A stretch of 41,636 nucleotides of DNA, from assembly GCA_001642005.1 (NCBI GenBank), contig LWCA01000193.1, positions 1-41,636 of the forward strand, given 5' to 3'. The notes under the pieces are model-generated. The model searched no databases. It saw nothing but the letters and a program-made list of their open reading frames with translations, and had not been told where the DNA came from. The position numbers were made by a program, and so were the translations under genes. Positions 1 to 12,713 of this stretch are shown here, piece by piece (the stretch's first letter is position 1; each line of letters begins with the position of its first letter). The DNA comes from Intoshia linei (Eukaryota; Animalia; Orthonectida).

Positions 1-176
1 ATGTTTGCAATACAATAAACCCAAAAAGCGCTTCAAACGTTTGTATCGTTTCAAATGGTGATGTCACATCAATGATAAATAAAGATGAACAAATCAATTA
101 AATTGTATAATAAATATAAATTCACAAAATATACTGTTACTGTTAATCAGATTTTACTGTTATATATTATATTATG

Positions 177-300
177 CTAGCTTGATTGTTATGTACTACG
201 TACAAACTACACCTAGCTCTGCCGAGGGTACATTTTTATTATACCAAAAAAATAATTTTACGTTGAAAATCTAACTTAAAAATCCTACTATTAACTATTA
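177..300 (-). mobile_element. Helitron-like 3' end (dispersed repeat, copy 1)
   Basis: Similar to 7979-8045 and 40858-40980. On the minus strand it reads ...TGTACGTAGTACA (hairpin)...CTAG. Confidence 0.5.
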
Positions 301-510
301 TCAATCCTTTAAAAAGTGGTTCCCAAATTTGTTTCAAATGGAACCATCATATCACATTATTTTTTACTTTATAGTGAATTATTCCATCTTAATTTTTTGT
401 TTGTTAACATTTGCGTAAAGAATTTTAAAAACAATTTTTTATCCCATTTTTTTAATTTATTAGACGAATGTGTGTATAATATTAAAAATAAAGTAAAAAC
501 AGTCCAATCC

Positions 511-658
511 TAAAAATTGTCATAAATAGCATAAATTCCAAAAAAATAAAATTAGTCCAATACTAAAAATTGTCATAAAGGTGTGAGTTTTGGAAATTGA
601 AATTTATATTATTATATGTAAAAATTGTCATAAATAGCATAAATTCCAGAAAAAATAA
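511..658. repeat. Short direct repeats TAAAAATTGTCATAAATAGCATAAATTCCA
   Basis: Full copies at about 511 and 619, partial copy at about 564. Confidence 0.7.
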
Positions 659-864
659 TGAATTACATAGATTTTCAAAAAGAGGGACAACTGGGGTTTA
701 TGACCCATAAGATGTGAAATTGGAAGGTTCAAATTTATCTTAATATACGTCCCGAAAAAAACTGTAATTGAAATGTGGTCTTTAAAAAATTATAAGACGG
801 GTAGTTATTTAAATAAAGTATAACACACACACACAAACAAAAATCGCGTATTATATAAGTTAGG

Positions 865-2879
865 ATTATGTAACCATTTATAAGAGCCCAATGTGCTTTT
901 GATCCATTTTTTATACATGGTTCCCCATTAGCATCCTTATCATAACTAAATGTATACCTTACATTTGTAACATTTATATAAATAATAATTTCGATAAAAA
1001 GTGGATAAAATATACAAGAGGGGTAAAAAAGGAACATGAAAAAACGAAAATTATTCTTGAAACTTAACAATACAATAAAAACTATTCATAATTACATAAA
1101 ATGTTATTATGGTATCATATCGTATAGCAGTGGTTTTCAACCTTTTTGTGTTTGCGACCCCTTATAAACATAAAAAATTTTCTATATACTCCAAACCTCA
1201 TCAATTTACATAAATGAAAATATTAAAAAAGTATATTCAATTTTATTTATATTTTATACTTTGTTCAAATTCTCACAACCCCCCTAATAAATTTCGCGAC
1301 CCCCCCTAACGGTCGCCACCCCCAGTTGAAAACCACTGTCGTATACTAATCATTTAATAAGTACGCCATCAATATCGATTTTCCTTCAATTGCCAAAATT
1401 TTGAAAATATTTACAAATTTAGTTTCTACTATTGTATGACATATATTAATTGAATCAAGCAATTTAGATACATTTTCAACTAGGTAAAATAAATTATAAA
1501 ACGATATACAAATTATGATACATACATGGCCGTGGAGAGGGGCTAGGGCATATGGCATGAGACTACAATAAGGGCCTACTTTTTTAATGTATTAATAAGT
1601 AATGTTTGAAAATTTCTTAAGTATATCCAAAATTTCGATAATCAATGCGACTTCCAACGGTTATTTCTTATTTTTAGATAATGAACGATCGATAAAACAA
1701 TGTATAAAGGTCCCATTTTTAAAAATTTTTTTATACGCCTACAATATCCATCTGACTCTGGCCTACTGCTGGCTCTCCACGGCCCTGGATACATGTATAA
1801 TATACTCCATGATAATTAAAATTACTATAAAACATTTCGCCCTGTAATGATATCTTTAGGTCAATACACATATTTATTAAAAGTTTAATGTTTACATTTT
1901 GAAATTTCTGGGATATCATAGAGACACATGCCAAGCAGCAACTAAAATATAACATTTTTATAATCCTTAATAATAATCTATATCGCAAAAATTAAATCAT
2001 TTATATTTATAAATAATTTATAACTACACATCTTGAAATAAAAAAAATTTTGACGTAGAAATTTTTTCTCTCCATTAACTGAAGTAAACTGTATCCGACC
2101 AAGCTTTTTTTAAAATTCTGGGACCATTGAATTATATATTTCTTATTTTACAATTAAGGCTAATAAAATAATTTGCAAATAGATTAACAATAACAACATA
2201 ATTCGAAGTGAAACTTATCTGGACTTGTGAACTTCATGACTATGTGGCTAGGGTAGGGGTTGCCAACCTTTTGCGTCTCGTAAGCCACTTTTTTATATCA
2301 AAAAATTATACGGGCCCCGTTTTTGAAAATTTACACATAATACATTTCAATTTTAACTGAAGAGAAACGGTTATAGTATATTTACCAAAATAACATCCAG
2401 GGCGATCTGAAAATTCAAAATTAAAATGATCCAATGGTAGAAAATTTTTAAAACAGTATTTAAAAGTTATAAATTTATAAATAATTGGCTTATTTACTCA
2501 AAGAATCACCAAAATTATTATATGGCCACTGGTGTCGACCCCTGGGCTAGGCTAGGAATATGGAATTACGCATTGTTTGTGATATTTTTTGTTTTCTGAC
2601 ATGGGATCGAATATAGTAGGTTTGGCTCTAAAACACAAAATGTTTAAAGTTAAAAGATTGTCCATCAATTTAATCCACCAAATTTATACAAAATTGGTGT
2701 GTTCATTAAATTTAAATCATAAATTAAACCTTGGTCCAATTTGTTCCACTGGAAAATAATCTGTTGGTTTTTTAACAACGCATATAAATTCATCATCTAG
2801 ACTAAATTATAATTAATATTAAACATTCTATTAAACGCGTTTTATAAAATAAATTATATAAAATCATTTTGATAGACAT
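865..2879 (-). CDS. ACTMAP: Actin maturation protease (C19orf54/UPF0692)-like, spliced; 3' end unresolved and possibly off the left edge
   Basis: Exons about 2879-2837, 2796-2730, 1941-1826, 1479-1365 and 945-~870 join to give ...VEQIGPSCCLACV...LQGEMF...MAYDKDANGEPCIKNGSKAHWALING. This matches the family motifs GPxC, QGEMF and YDxDxNxEPCxxxGxKAHW. The start codon is tentative. Confidence 0.8.
1128..1338. mobile_element. hAT (Buster-type) MITE in ACTMAP intron
   Basis: Perfect 14-bp TIR CAGTGGTTTTCAAC; 8-bp TSD TCGTATAG/TCGTATAC. Confidence 0.85.
1525..1787. mobile_element. hAT-like MITE (CAGGGCCGTGGA family)
   Basis: TIR CA(T/G)GGCCGTGGAGAG; TSD GATACATA/GATACATG; related ends at 3103 and 4643. 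Confidence 0.8.
2254..2544. mobile_element. hAT (Buster-type) MITE
   Basis: Degenerate TIR TAGGGGTTGCCAACC / GGTGTCGACCCCTG; TSD GGCTAGGG/GGCTAGGC. Confidence 0.7.
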
Positions 2880-3102
2880 GATATTAATTCAATTTTAGGG
2901 ATAGAAAATGTATCAACTTCTAATTCAATTCATGTTTATTATTCTCATACAATTTTACATTTTCGTAGTAAAAAATACGTTACTATAACACTTATAATAC
3001 TTTTTTTCATTCAAAAATACAGATTATATATAAATACAGATTGTGCATTTTGTAAATATACATTTGCAGTATTGTTTTCAATTTTACGGTATCAGTTACA
3101 CC

Positions 3103-3460
3103 CAGGGCCGTGGATAGCAAGCAGTAGATCCGGGCCAGATAGAAATTGTATGCCCCTTATAAAAAAAATTTAAATTGGGAAGTCTATACATTGTTTTCCA
3201 ATTATAAACAAATTAAATACCTCAGGTAAAAATCGAATTTTACCGATAATATTAATACATGAAAGTACAGGTATTAGAAAAAACAGATTTTTTCTTTTAG
3301 GTTTGGCTTAAGTGGTTATTTCTCCATAGGTTTGCTAAAAACTGATTTTTATCTTTAAGTGTTAGTAAAATTGGATCTTTTTTTTGTTTAAGTCGTTATT
3401 CCTCCATTATATAAAATTAATTATTGACATAATACATTCATTTTACGATGGAGCCCTGTT
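3103..3460. mobile_element. Truncated CAGGGCCGTGGA-family MITE
   Basis: The first ~65 nt align with the reverse complement of the 1787 end of the 1525-1787 element. Confidence 0.55.
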
Positions 3461-4642
3461 ATATAGCGTAAACTCTTTTAGGAATACTGGTCAAATGGTT
3501 AATTTTTAGATAGCTTTATTTCTTTTTTTAATGAATTCAACACATTACTGTACTATTTAGTAGTATCGGAATTTTTTCATTCTGATATTGTACTCTTCTG
3601 AGATAACAATAGCAATTTTCATTCATTGAACTTGATAACTTGATTTAACTTTGTAGTAATATTACTATGATTATTTTATAGATAAAATATTAAAATCACG
3701 TCTTACCACTTTATAAATTTTGAGCTTTCCTAATTCATAGTAAAGTATCAGCCATTACAATTTCTTGTATTCACATTATTCTTCAAAAAATTCCTACATA
3801 GACAATCTAATAGTCATGGTAAAGTTGTTTGTAAATTAATTTTTCGCTAATACACTGAATTTCAGTGACCAAAAGTAAAAGTATAATAAGTATGGATGAT
3901 ATTCAAGTAAATGTAATTAAGGTTTTAAAAAATAGCGTTTAGTTGAATGATTATGTCTACTGCATTCCAAAAAAGAAAATTAATAAAAGTAAAACACTAC
4001 ATGTTATATTTCATGTTTATTAGAAAAAATTATTTTCGACCATTCTAATACTATGGAAATATGGAATTATATCGACGTGATAATTAATGTATATTTTTAC
4101 TACATAAAAATATATATTATAAACTTTATAATATAAAGTATCAAACTCTAAATCAGAGATCGTCAAATTTATCTATATAAACTCTTGGTGTCAAAAAATA
4201 TTTGAGTTGATGGGATTTTATATCCAAACTTAGTATCCAGAACAGAAAAAGTTAGGGACCTGTCTAAATAAAAAGCATAAATATTTAAATTTACAAAATA
4301 GCAAAGTTCACGAGATATTCGCAATAATTTGATTGAATGGATCACATCTAGACTGAAACATGAAGAAAAAATTGAATTTCATTGTTTGGATGTGTCTCTT
4401 GTTATTTTAGGTTCATTTGTACAATTTTTGTTTTAATCACTTTTTTAGGTCACTTTGTTGAACTTTTACAAAATGTCAAATATATAGTAAAACACTTTGA
4501 AAATAGTCAAAAATGTCATGTTATACATCTGGATGAACATATTCAGGAAATGAAAACATGTGTTTCCTTTTTTTTTAAATATTTCATGGAACTAGTATTT
4601 TTTACGTATTATTCTATTGATTACATTTCTGGTAGGTGGGAA

Positions 4643-5133
4643 CAGGGCCGTGGACAGGCCACAGTGTCTCAGGTCAGACGAAAATTGTAGGGCATATACA
4701 AAAATTAAAAAAATGTTTGGTTCTTCCTTCCATTTTAATTTGTTCAACGTTACCCTACTGCAGTGCTTTTTAACCATTTTTGGTGGACGACACATTTCAA
4801 TCTCAAAAAATTTCGCGATACACCAATCAAAAAAATAAACGATTGATTAATAAATATAGTTGAACCAATTTTTTTTTAATAATAATCTGAAAATAATGTA
4901 AAATTTATCATCATCACTAAAAATATCTTTGATTTGCATTTTTACGTCTTCCAATTGTATTGTCTGCTAATCGAATTTAAAAAAAAATGAAATAAAATTT
5001 TAAGTTTGGCGACACATCTGGAAATCATTGACAACACACCGGTTGGTGCCCCATCATACGACCTTTTTTTAACCTGACCTGATAATATTGAATAATAGGC
5101 CCGTTATATGACTCTAGACCTTCCATGATACTG
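4643..5133. mobile_element. Degenerate CAGGGCCGTGGA-family MITE
   Basis: Left end CAGGGCCGTGGACAGG...; decayed right end TCCATGATACTG. Confidence 0.5.
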
Positions 5134-5651
5134 GATGAAAGGTAGGCATATTGATACATTAATTTACTTTTTGAAATAATAAGACAAACTAAGGTTTTTT
5201 CGGGATTAAGTGAAAATGACTTTTATCCATAACGGGGTAAATATTTTGTTATTATTACCCATTAACAGTAAGTTGACATTTACTGAAAATTTGTTTTTAT
5301 CTTGTGGACATTTTATTTTGTGTTTACCCTACCGGCTAGTATAAACGTTGTGGTGACCAGTCACCACTCTCATAGAGCACTACGCGGACTATTATTTTCT
5401 GTTTTTTATCCAATGGGTTCCGTTAAACTTTGAATTAAATGTCTGCAAAGCCGAATTTACCGTACTCGAGACTCGTCTTCGGGTCTAAACGAAAAATTTG
5501 TAAAATTGGGGTCTCATGTTTCCAAATTGAGATTTAAAAAAGTATATTTTTCAATATCAGTTATGATTCATAACTGTATCAAATTTAAACTGTCCACGCC
5601 ACTTACCTGTTATCATTATTATAATTTTATGATAATTAATTTTACAATCAG

Positions 5652-8600
5652 GTGAATATTCACTCTAAAGAAAAAAAATATAATTTCAATAAAACAAAGA
5701 AATACGTTTTTTCAGATATTTCCAATTTAATACAAGAATACGATGAAATATGGTCAAATACTAGTTCAGTAATTTTTTATATAACTGTTCCTTAAACTAG
5801 GATGATCGGGCCATCGATTAGTATAATTTTCTGTAGTTTCATCATAACTTACATATTTGTCTCGTAATGATATGTAAATAAAATTAAAAACTTGTTTTAT
5901 CAGTTTATTATTTATCCACATTTTTTTAAGATACAGAGTTTGAAAGTTTTAGAATTACTTAATCTTCAAATTTAAATGATTAATGAAATTATTTATTAGG
6001 AATCCTATATTAATGAAGTTTTTCTAGTCATTTTACATTATGACAGAAATATACCAAATTGTATTAAAAAATTTATGAAAATTATCAGGTATTTTTTATT
6101 TGATTCGTCACTATTCATTCAAAATGTACATTGTACAATATATATTTAGTGAAAATAATCTGGCATTTAAATTTCATTTCGTTTTTTTTATCAATGGTTA
6201 TGATACCGATTTCTATTTTGATAGATATCTGTCAAAGCACTTGAATCTTGATATTTATAATGGAATTGACATGAACGTTCAATCAATATTTCATGAGGTT
6301 ATTATAGTCTTTCGATATCTTTTTATTTCATATTTATAATTGCGCATTGATTTATTATTTAGATTATTTTACATTTTGCAGTAAATTTTAAATTTTTTAT
6401 TGATTTTCCGATATTAAAAAAAATTGAATTTACACTAACTAATGTTTGTCATTCATTCGAATATCTTGGATCTGTTTTGAAAGTAATTATAAATGTTATC
6501 ATTAATTTTATATAATTTCATTTTCAGTTTATTGTACTTGATCATAATTCAAATTATCCAAAATATCATAATCAGAGTTTAGATGAACTTGATTCTTTAC
6601 CTTTTAAAGGTTTGTTGTCTTTTAGAAGGTAATATTGTGTGAAATGTATTTTTATAGTCTGAGTAATGTAATTAGATTTATTGAAAATTTGAATGATAGC
6701 CGAGAAATAATTAATTTATTAGAGAACAGCAAACACTTTTTTGTAATTTTTATTTTGTATGTATGTTACCGTCTGTTTACAGCATTTCAAAATATATTTA
6801 TTTAGATCCCCAAAAAAAATATTAAATATAAAACATTTATGAAAAAATTGAAAATTTTTCTCATACAATTTAGTAAAATCGTTTTTTAAAAAAATATTAG
6901 AAAAAGGGGATTTTTCCCTTAAAGGTTGATAAAATCGGATTTTTTATTTTGGATTAAGAAGTTGTTGCTCATAAGATATGGTAAAATCTGATTTTTCCCT
7001 TAAGGGTTGGTAAACTTGAATTTTTTATTTTGTGGTTAAAGTTTTCTAATTATTTATTTTAATTGTTCTCATAAGATTTTGTAAAATCGGATTTCTCAAA
7101 AAATATTGGTAAAAATTGATCTTTCCTTGAAACTTTGAAATGGTATTTTTTATTAATAGTGAGATAAAAGTAGGATTTTCAAAATAATAATATGGTCGTC
7201 TAGGCTTTGGGTTAAATTCCCAAAATCTAGCAACTCTGTAATAAATATTAAAAATCCTCCTATAAAAATAAATAAAATTTTTTATATTTTATTTGAATTT
7301 TACGGACACCAGGCATATATTTTTGACTTTTAGGGGTCCAGGGACCCCAATCGCCAACCACTGATTTAGAAAATTAGTCATTTTGCCATTTCAGGCAAAT
7401 TAAAGAATTTTAATTTTTTTAGATTAATTATGGAAAAAATCCACATTTACCAACCTTTTTGAGAAAACTTCACTTTTACTAATTTAAATTAAATTAGTTA
7501 TTTATTGACACTATTTTTTAAATGTTAATGAGTCAAGCTGGTAAGTTGCCTTTGTTTTTTGAAAAAAATGAGATATATTATAAATTAAAAACCAATGCAC
7601 CATTTCGTGTTCTAGATGAAAATTGTGCCGTATTGTGCCACCCAATATGTCAAATGTAATGTTAATTACTTTAATAGAAGTATCTTGAAAATAACATGAA
7701 TATTCTATTAAAAATGAAATTGGAATGGCCTACCGCAATTTGTTTAATGAAGGAATTGACAAGTTTTTACGTTACGACAGAAAACCCAATTTTGAACAAT
7801 TTACATACGGTATTATTTTTTGAATTAATAAAATTAAAATCATCAAATAACCATTTTTAGATGGCAGACGTAATAAAATTTGTATGTCAAACTGATTTAA
7901 CAAAAACAGTTGAATATACTGCTGTAATGAAATTTTTGAGGTAACATCATCGTTTATGATTTTTTTTAATATAGAGAACTAGTTTGACTGTTATGTACTT
8001 GGTACAAACTGCAGCTATCGGCCGAGAGCGAAATTTTTTTTATTTTAACAACATAATGACGTCAATTCTCTAGATCAGTGATTCTTAACCTCTGCGACAC
8101 GGCGTTGTGCTTGCACTTGTGCGCCATGAATAGAGTTCAGGTGACCGCAAAGAAATCTGATTTTATTTTATAAATTAGTGTCAAACTTTTAGATTATTTG
8201 ATGAACATTTTGGGATTTACTGTTTAATATAATTTATGCATATTAAATGTACTATGGTGAACACCAAAAATATCAACATTTTATCATACATCAAATGTTT
8301 TTTACTAAATTTAAGTCACCAAATAAAAATTATTTTTATATTATCTTTTTTAATCTTTGCACATTTTCGAATATCCATGTTTTTTCTTATCAAAATTCCA
8401 AATTTTTATTTATTTTACAGATGCGCCCTGAAGCAAAAAAGGTTCAGAACACTGCTCTAGAGACATAATTATCGATTTTAATGATTTATCATATTGATTT
8501 TTGGCCAAATAATTAAAGATAATTATAGGATCAAAATTTGGTAGGTATTTTAAGAGAAGTTTTTTTGACCCAATTTTTAAATCCTATAAAATGTTTATTT

Positions 8601-10062
8601 AAAAATTTTAACAGAATAAATTTTATTAGAGAATGAATGTATAATTTTAAAAATAAAGTAAAATCCTACAAAATGTAGAAAAAATACTGATGAAATTATA
8701 ATTATTATTTAGTGAAAGTGACCCAGTCAAATTTATTGAAATTATGAAATCATTTACCAGTAAAATGCCAAATATTGAAAACGACTTATCTGAAAGTTTC
8801 AAATTAATATCTCAGCTAAAACGTTTAACTGAAAAAGTTAATTATTGACATTGTGGTAAACATTAATATCAATTGTAGAATACACCAAAATCACAATCAA
8901 TAGTTTATGCGGCAATAGATTCATTTTACAAGTAATTAAAATGAAACTTTTTTTAAATAAAAAATTCGGCAGAAATGTAAAGTTTAATTACAAAGACATA
9001 CCAATGCATGAATGTTTCTTTTATGTGGATATAAAGGCAGTAGATGGACACTTTCACAAGGATATTGGAGCGTCTTTAATTAAAATTTACCAAAATCTAA
9101 ATCATCTATTTAAGGTAATTAGTTTGGATTAGGTAATACGTTATAGTATTCCCAGTGGTGCCCAAACTTTTTACTGTCGCGGCGCACTTTAAAATGTAGA
9201 TGGGTTTTGCTGGAATAGTCCCCCGAAAATATGAACCAAATGTTTTAACATTAATTTGAATTACAAAAATTTTGGTGATTTATTTGTCTTACACAAACAT
9301 ACTATGGCAATTATAAATTAAGAAATATAACATAAAACCCACACATAAATGCTAACACAAATACGTATAGCTTTAATGTGTGCTTGATATAATCAGTGTA
9401 TACATGGAAATTAATAACCCTGTATTTTTAATTCAATTTTTAAATTATAGTTAAAAATCTTGTGACACCCTAATGGTATTTTTCGACGCATAGAGCGTCG
9501 CGGCTCTCATTTTGGGAACCACTGCGTTATACAGTACGACCCATGTATAGAATTCGAGTAGTTGAGTTATCTATAAAATTTAATTTCAAACACTCGGGTC
9601 GTAATGTAAAATAATGTATTAATCAAAATTTGTAAAATAGGTACAAAATACGAAGATAGATGAAAAGTTGAAAATGTATTCTAAGGATTTATCATTTATT
9701 TACAATAACATTAAAATGTGTGGTGCACGATTTAAAACTAGGGATTTATATGAAGTAATTATACAATTATACTAGAATAGTTAATCTCGAAGTGAAATTA
9801 ATTAAATTACTGATCTGAAATTATAATGACAAATTGTGTAATGTAAAGTACAATTTTGTAAATATTTAGGCTTTCAAAGAAACTAGGACAAATTCTGAAA
9901 AGGATTCAAAGTAATTATTTAAAAACTTTAAATTTAAATATAAATAAAAATAGAACCAGATTCATAAAATGCATAACTCAACTAGAATACTGTGGCTTAT
10001 TAAAATTTTCAAAAAATGACTACAAGGAAATAAAAAAGGCACCTTTTTCTGTAATATTATAA
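5652..10062 (+). CDS. ORC3: Origin recognition complex subunit 3, highly divergent, multi-exon; start codon unresolved
   Basis: The 3' exons give DIPMHECFFYVD...HF, then KDLSFIYNNIKMCGARFKTRDLYEAF, then TRFIKCITQLEYCGLLK...*, with TAA at 10060-10062. These resemble the ORC3 PLHE motif and C-terminal winged helix (RF..A..ELE..GFIK). The 5' exon structure is only partly resolved. Confidence 0.65.
6820..7363. mobile_element. TIR element with internal subrepeats, in ORC3 intron
   Basis: Aligns in reverse with about 31880-32420; repeated CCTTAAGGGTTGGTAAAATCGGATTTT-like units; ends AACCACTG. Confidence 0.6.
7979..8045 (-). mobile_element. Helitron-like 3' end (copy 2)
   Basis: CTAG followed by T on the minus strand; similar to 177-240. 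Confidence 0.5.
8076..8454. mobile_element. hAT (Buster-type) MITE
   Basis: TIR CAGTGATTCTTAACC / GGTTCAGAACACTG; TSD CTCTAGAT/CTCTAGAG. Confidence 0.8.
9153..9524. mobile_element. hAT MITE in ORC3 intron
   Basis: TIR CAGTGGTGCCCAAA / TTTGGGAACCACTG; flanks CGTTATAG (6 nt before the element) and CGTTATAC; related fragment at about 41255-41350. Confidence 0.75.
9532..9606. mobile_element. Small Tc1/mariner-type MITE
   Basis: TIR CA(G/T)TACGACCC, flanked by TA on both sides. Confidence 0.6.
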
Positions 10063-10100
10063 TAAAAGTACATTAAAATGTTTTAATACTGATTATTTGA

Positions 10101-10761
10101 TTAATTATTATGTGGTGTAACTCGACCAGGTATGTAATTTCGGTCTATTTGTTCGTCCAAAAGAAACATGTGTACAGCAATGTCTTCTCTAGCTACGGGG
10201 TGTCCAACGATTCTGTTTGATAAATTAAACTTTTCTTATTGAAATTTTACTTGTTGATAAAGTCTTCTAATCCTTTTCGGCGACGTTCGATAAATTTTGG
10301 GTCAAATAAACCATTATCGCTGCGGAAAGGTAGATTCCTAAAATAAGATTTGCTAGGGAATTCAGGTATTTGCATCTAATCATATATTTATATATTATAA
10401 AGAAAATACGTGTACTTTATCTTCGCGTTCAAGTTCATTTTTTAACCATTCAAAATCGCTATAACGTCGATATACGGTGGATTGTTTGGTGGCAAATACG
10501 GGTATGTTGGTCTACATTAAATTGATCTTTCATATAGTTTTTTTATTAGGCTTATGATGGCTATTGCCAAACTACATTTTAATTTGGCACTAACCTTTAA
10601 AAGTATCATACGTTTAATGTAACTCTATAAACAACGTGTTTATTGGGTCCAGTTCCTTTTATATCTGGCGACGATACGTCTATTTCTAAAAAATTTGAAG
10701 GACACGTATAAGCTTCTTCCAACGTTTGTCCATTGCGACAGAGCCGTTTTACATTTACCAT
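10101..10761 (-). CDS. SNX3: Sorting nexin 3/12 (PX domain), 4 exons
   Basis: MVNVKRL...EEAYTCPSNFLEIDV...TNIPVF...RRYSDFEWLKNELERE...LPFRSDNGLFDPKFIERRRKGLEDFINKIVGHP...YIPGRV. Missed by the ORF track. Confidence 0.93.
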
Positions 10762-11247
10762 TTTTTGTACGAATTAATTAGATATCAGTCCTATGGATAC
10801 ACGTTACTATGAAAGCAATGCGTTTGTTTACAACTGTTTGTAGCTTAACAGCAACATTTTTCAATTATCGTACTCGTGCCAGTGTTAAAGGTATACTTTT
10901 AAATTTTGTAATACATTCCTTTTATCCATGTTTGTGAACCCAATACTGAATTACTAATTTAACGTCATGGAGAGTAAATTTCTCTCTAATATTTACTGAT
11001 TATTGGTTTTGAGTAGTAAAATTGTTTCCATACATGAATGTTTAATATCAATATTAAAATATGTAATTTACAAATTGGATACTGGCTAATTGAGTATCTA
11101 CATTACATTGACAACAAAATTACATTTATATATCCATGACTATTTTTTGTTTTGAATTGTTAAGATTTGTCTAGATTTTTCTGAACTCAATTTTCGTAAA
11201 TTACGTTACTCATTTTTTAAATCACTTAATATATTAATTTAAGCAAA

Positions 11248-12651
11248 ATGGTGAAAGAAACAAAATTATACGACCTTTTGGATATCCAACCGTCTGCCAC
11301 AGTGCAGCAAATCAAAACTGCGTACCGAAAAATGGCATTAAAATATCACCCTGATAAAAATTCGGCTGGAGCTGAAAAAGTAATTTTACACTTTTATTTA
11401 ATTCAATCTTGACAGTTTAAAGAAATTACTGAAGCTTATGATATACTTTTGGATCCAAAAAAGAGAGATTTGTACAATAAACACGGAATGAAGGGTATGC
11501 GTGCAGATGGTCAAATGGGTGCCGGGCATAATGACATATTTGATATGTTTTTTGGCGGCGGCGGCAGTAAAAGTGCCCGCAGTGAAAGAGGTGCTGACAT
11601 GCAACATAAAATCAATGTTAGTCTAAAAGAGTTATATTGTGGTTGCAAAAGAAGTATGTTGATTAAACGTAAAGAAAAATGTCCGTGTTGTGATGGTAAA
11701 TTTATAATTAAAATTCAACTATTTATTTTAGGAAAGGGTGGAAAAGACGGAGCAAATGTTTCATGTGGATTTTGTAAGGGTCAAGGTGTTCAAATCAAAA
11801 TTCATCAAATGATGCCTGGCATGGTACAGCAAGTACAAACGGTATGCTCACATTGTAAGGGTAAAGGTCTTCGTATGAGACCTGAAGATTGTTGCAAACG
11901 TTGTAAAGGTGAACAATACGTTATTGGAGAAAAAAATTTGACTGTTAATGTTAACCCTGGTATGAAGAACGAGGAACGAATCGAATTTAACGGTGAAGCT
12001 GACTGGACGCCCGGAGTCGCTAAACCTGGAAATGTTTATATTTTCCTCATTCAACAAGAAGATCCCAATTTTAAAAGAGAAAAAGACAATTTACTTATGG
12101 AAATGGACATTTCATTAACTGAAGCATTGACTGGCTTTACAAGATATGTGACTACTTATGATGATCGTGTTTTGAAAATTGAACCACCAGTCAATGGTAT
12201 TATTATCAATGGTTTTATTGTATATTAATCAAACATAGCTCAATATTATTTTATAAACTGAATTTATTTAAAGTTCAAAGAGTTTATTTCTTACTATGTA
12301 ATTAATATTTTAGATCCTCTTATTAAACCTGGTGACATTCTTATGATTTCCAATGAAGGGATGCCTAGATATGGATCTATTTCGATTCGTGGCTATCTAA
12401 AAATTCAGTTCAATGTCATGTTTCCGGATCATTCATGGGTTTCTTCATTGACTGACCAAAAAATGTCTGTACTAAAAACGATTTTACCACAAGTTTCTCA
12501 ACCACCAGAAAACCCATCTGCTAAGGAGTGTTTCCTGAAGCGAAGCGAAGGAAGCAATGGCGGAGTTCGAACCTACTATGACGAAGAGGACGAAGATGAA
12601 ACTCACAATAATGACCAACATGGTCAACGCGTACAATGCGCTAGCCAATAA
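11248..12651 (+). CDS. DnaJ subfamily A co-chaperone (DNAJA1/2/4-like), 4 exons
   Basis: [11 protein letters not shown]...HPDKN J-domain, four CxxCxGxG repeats and a C-terminal CaaX box (CASQ). Introns at 11380-11415, 11696-11731 and about 12197-12313. Confidence 0.95.
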
Positions 12652-12713
12652 TTTGTACATTAACCATTTGTAATTTTACCATGAAAAATGATAAATGTTT
12701 ACATGAATGTTTA

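Noticed and set aside
5601-5609. ACTTACCTG as a U1 snRNA 5' end
   Set aside because: No U1 stem-loops or Sm site follow; it is simply the complement of a splice donor.
1602-8468. Short ORFs at 1602, 4382, 4592, 4617, 8236 and 8247
   Set aside because: They lie in or across MITEs or unassigned AT-rich DNA, are compositionally biased and carry no recognisable motifs.
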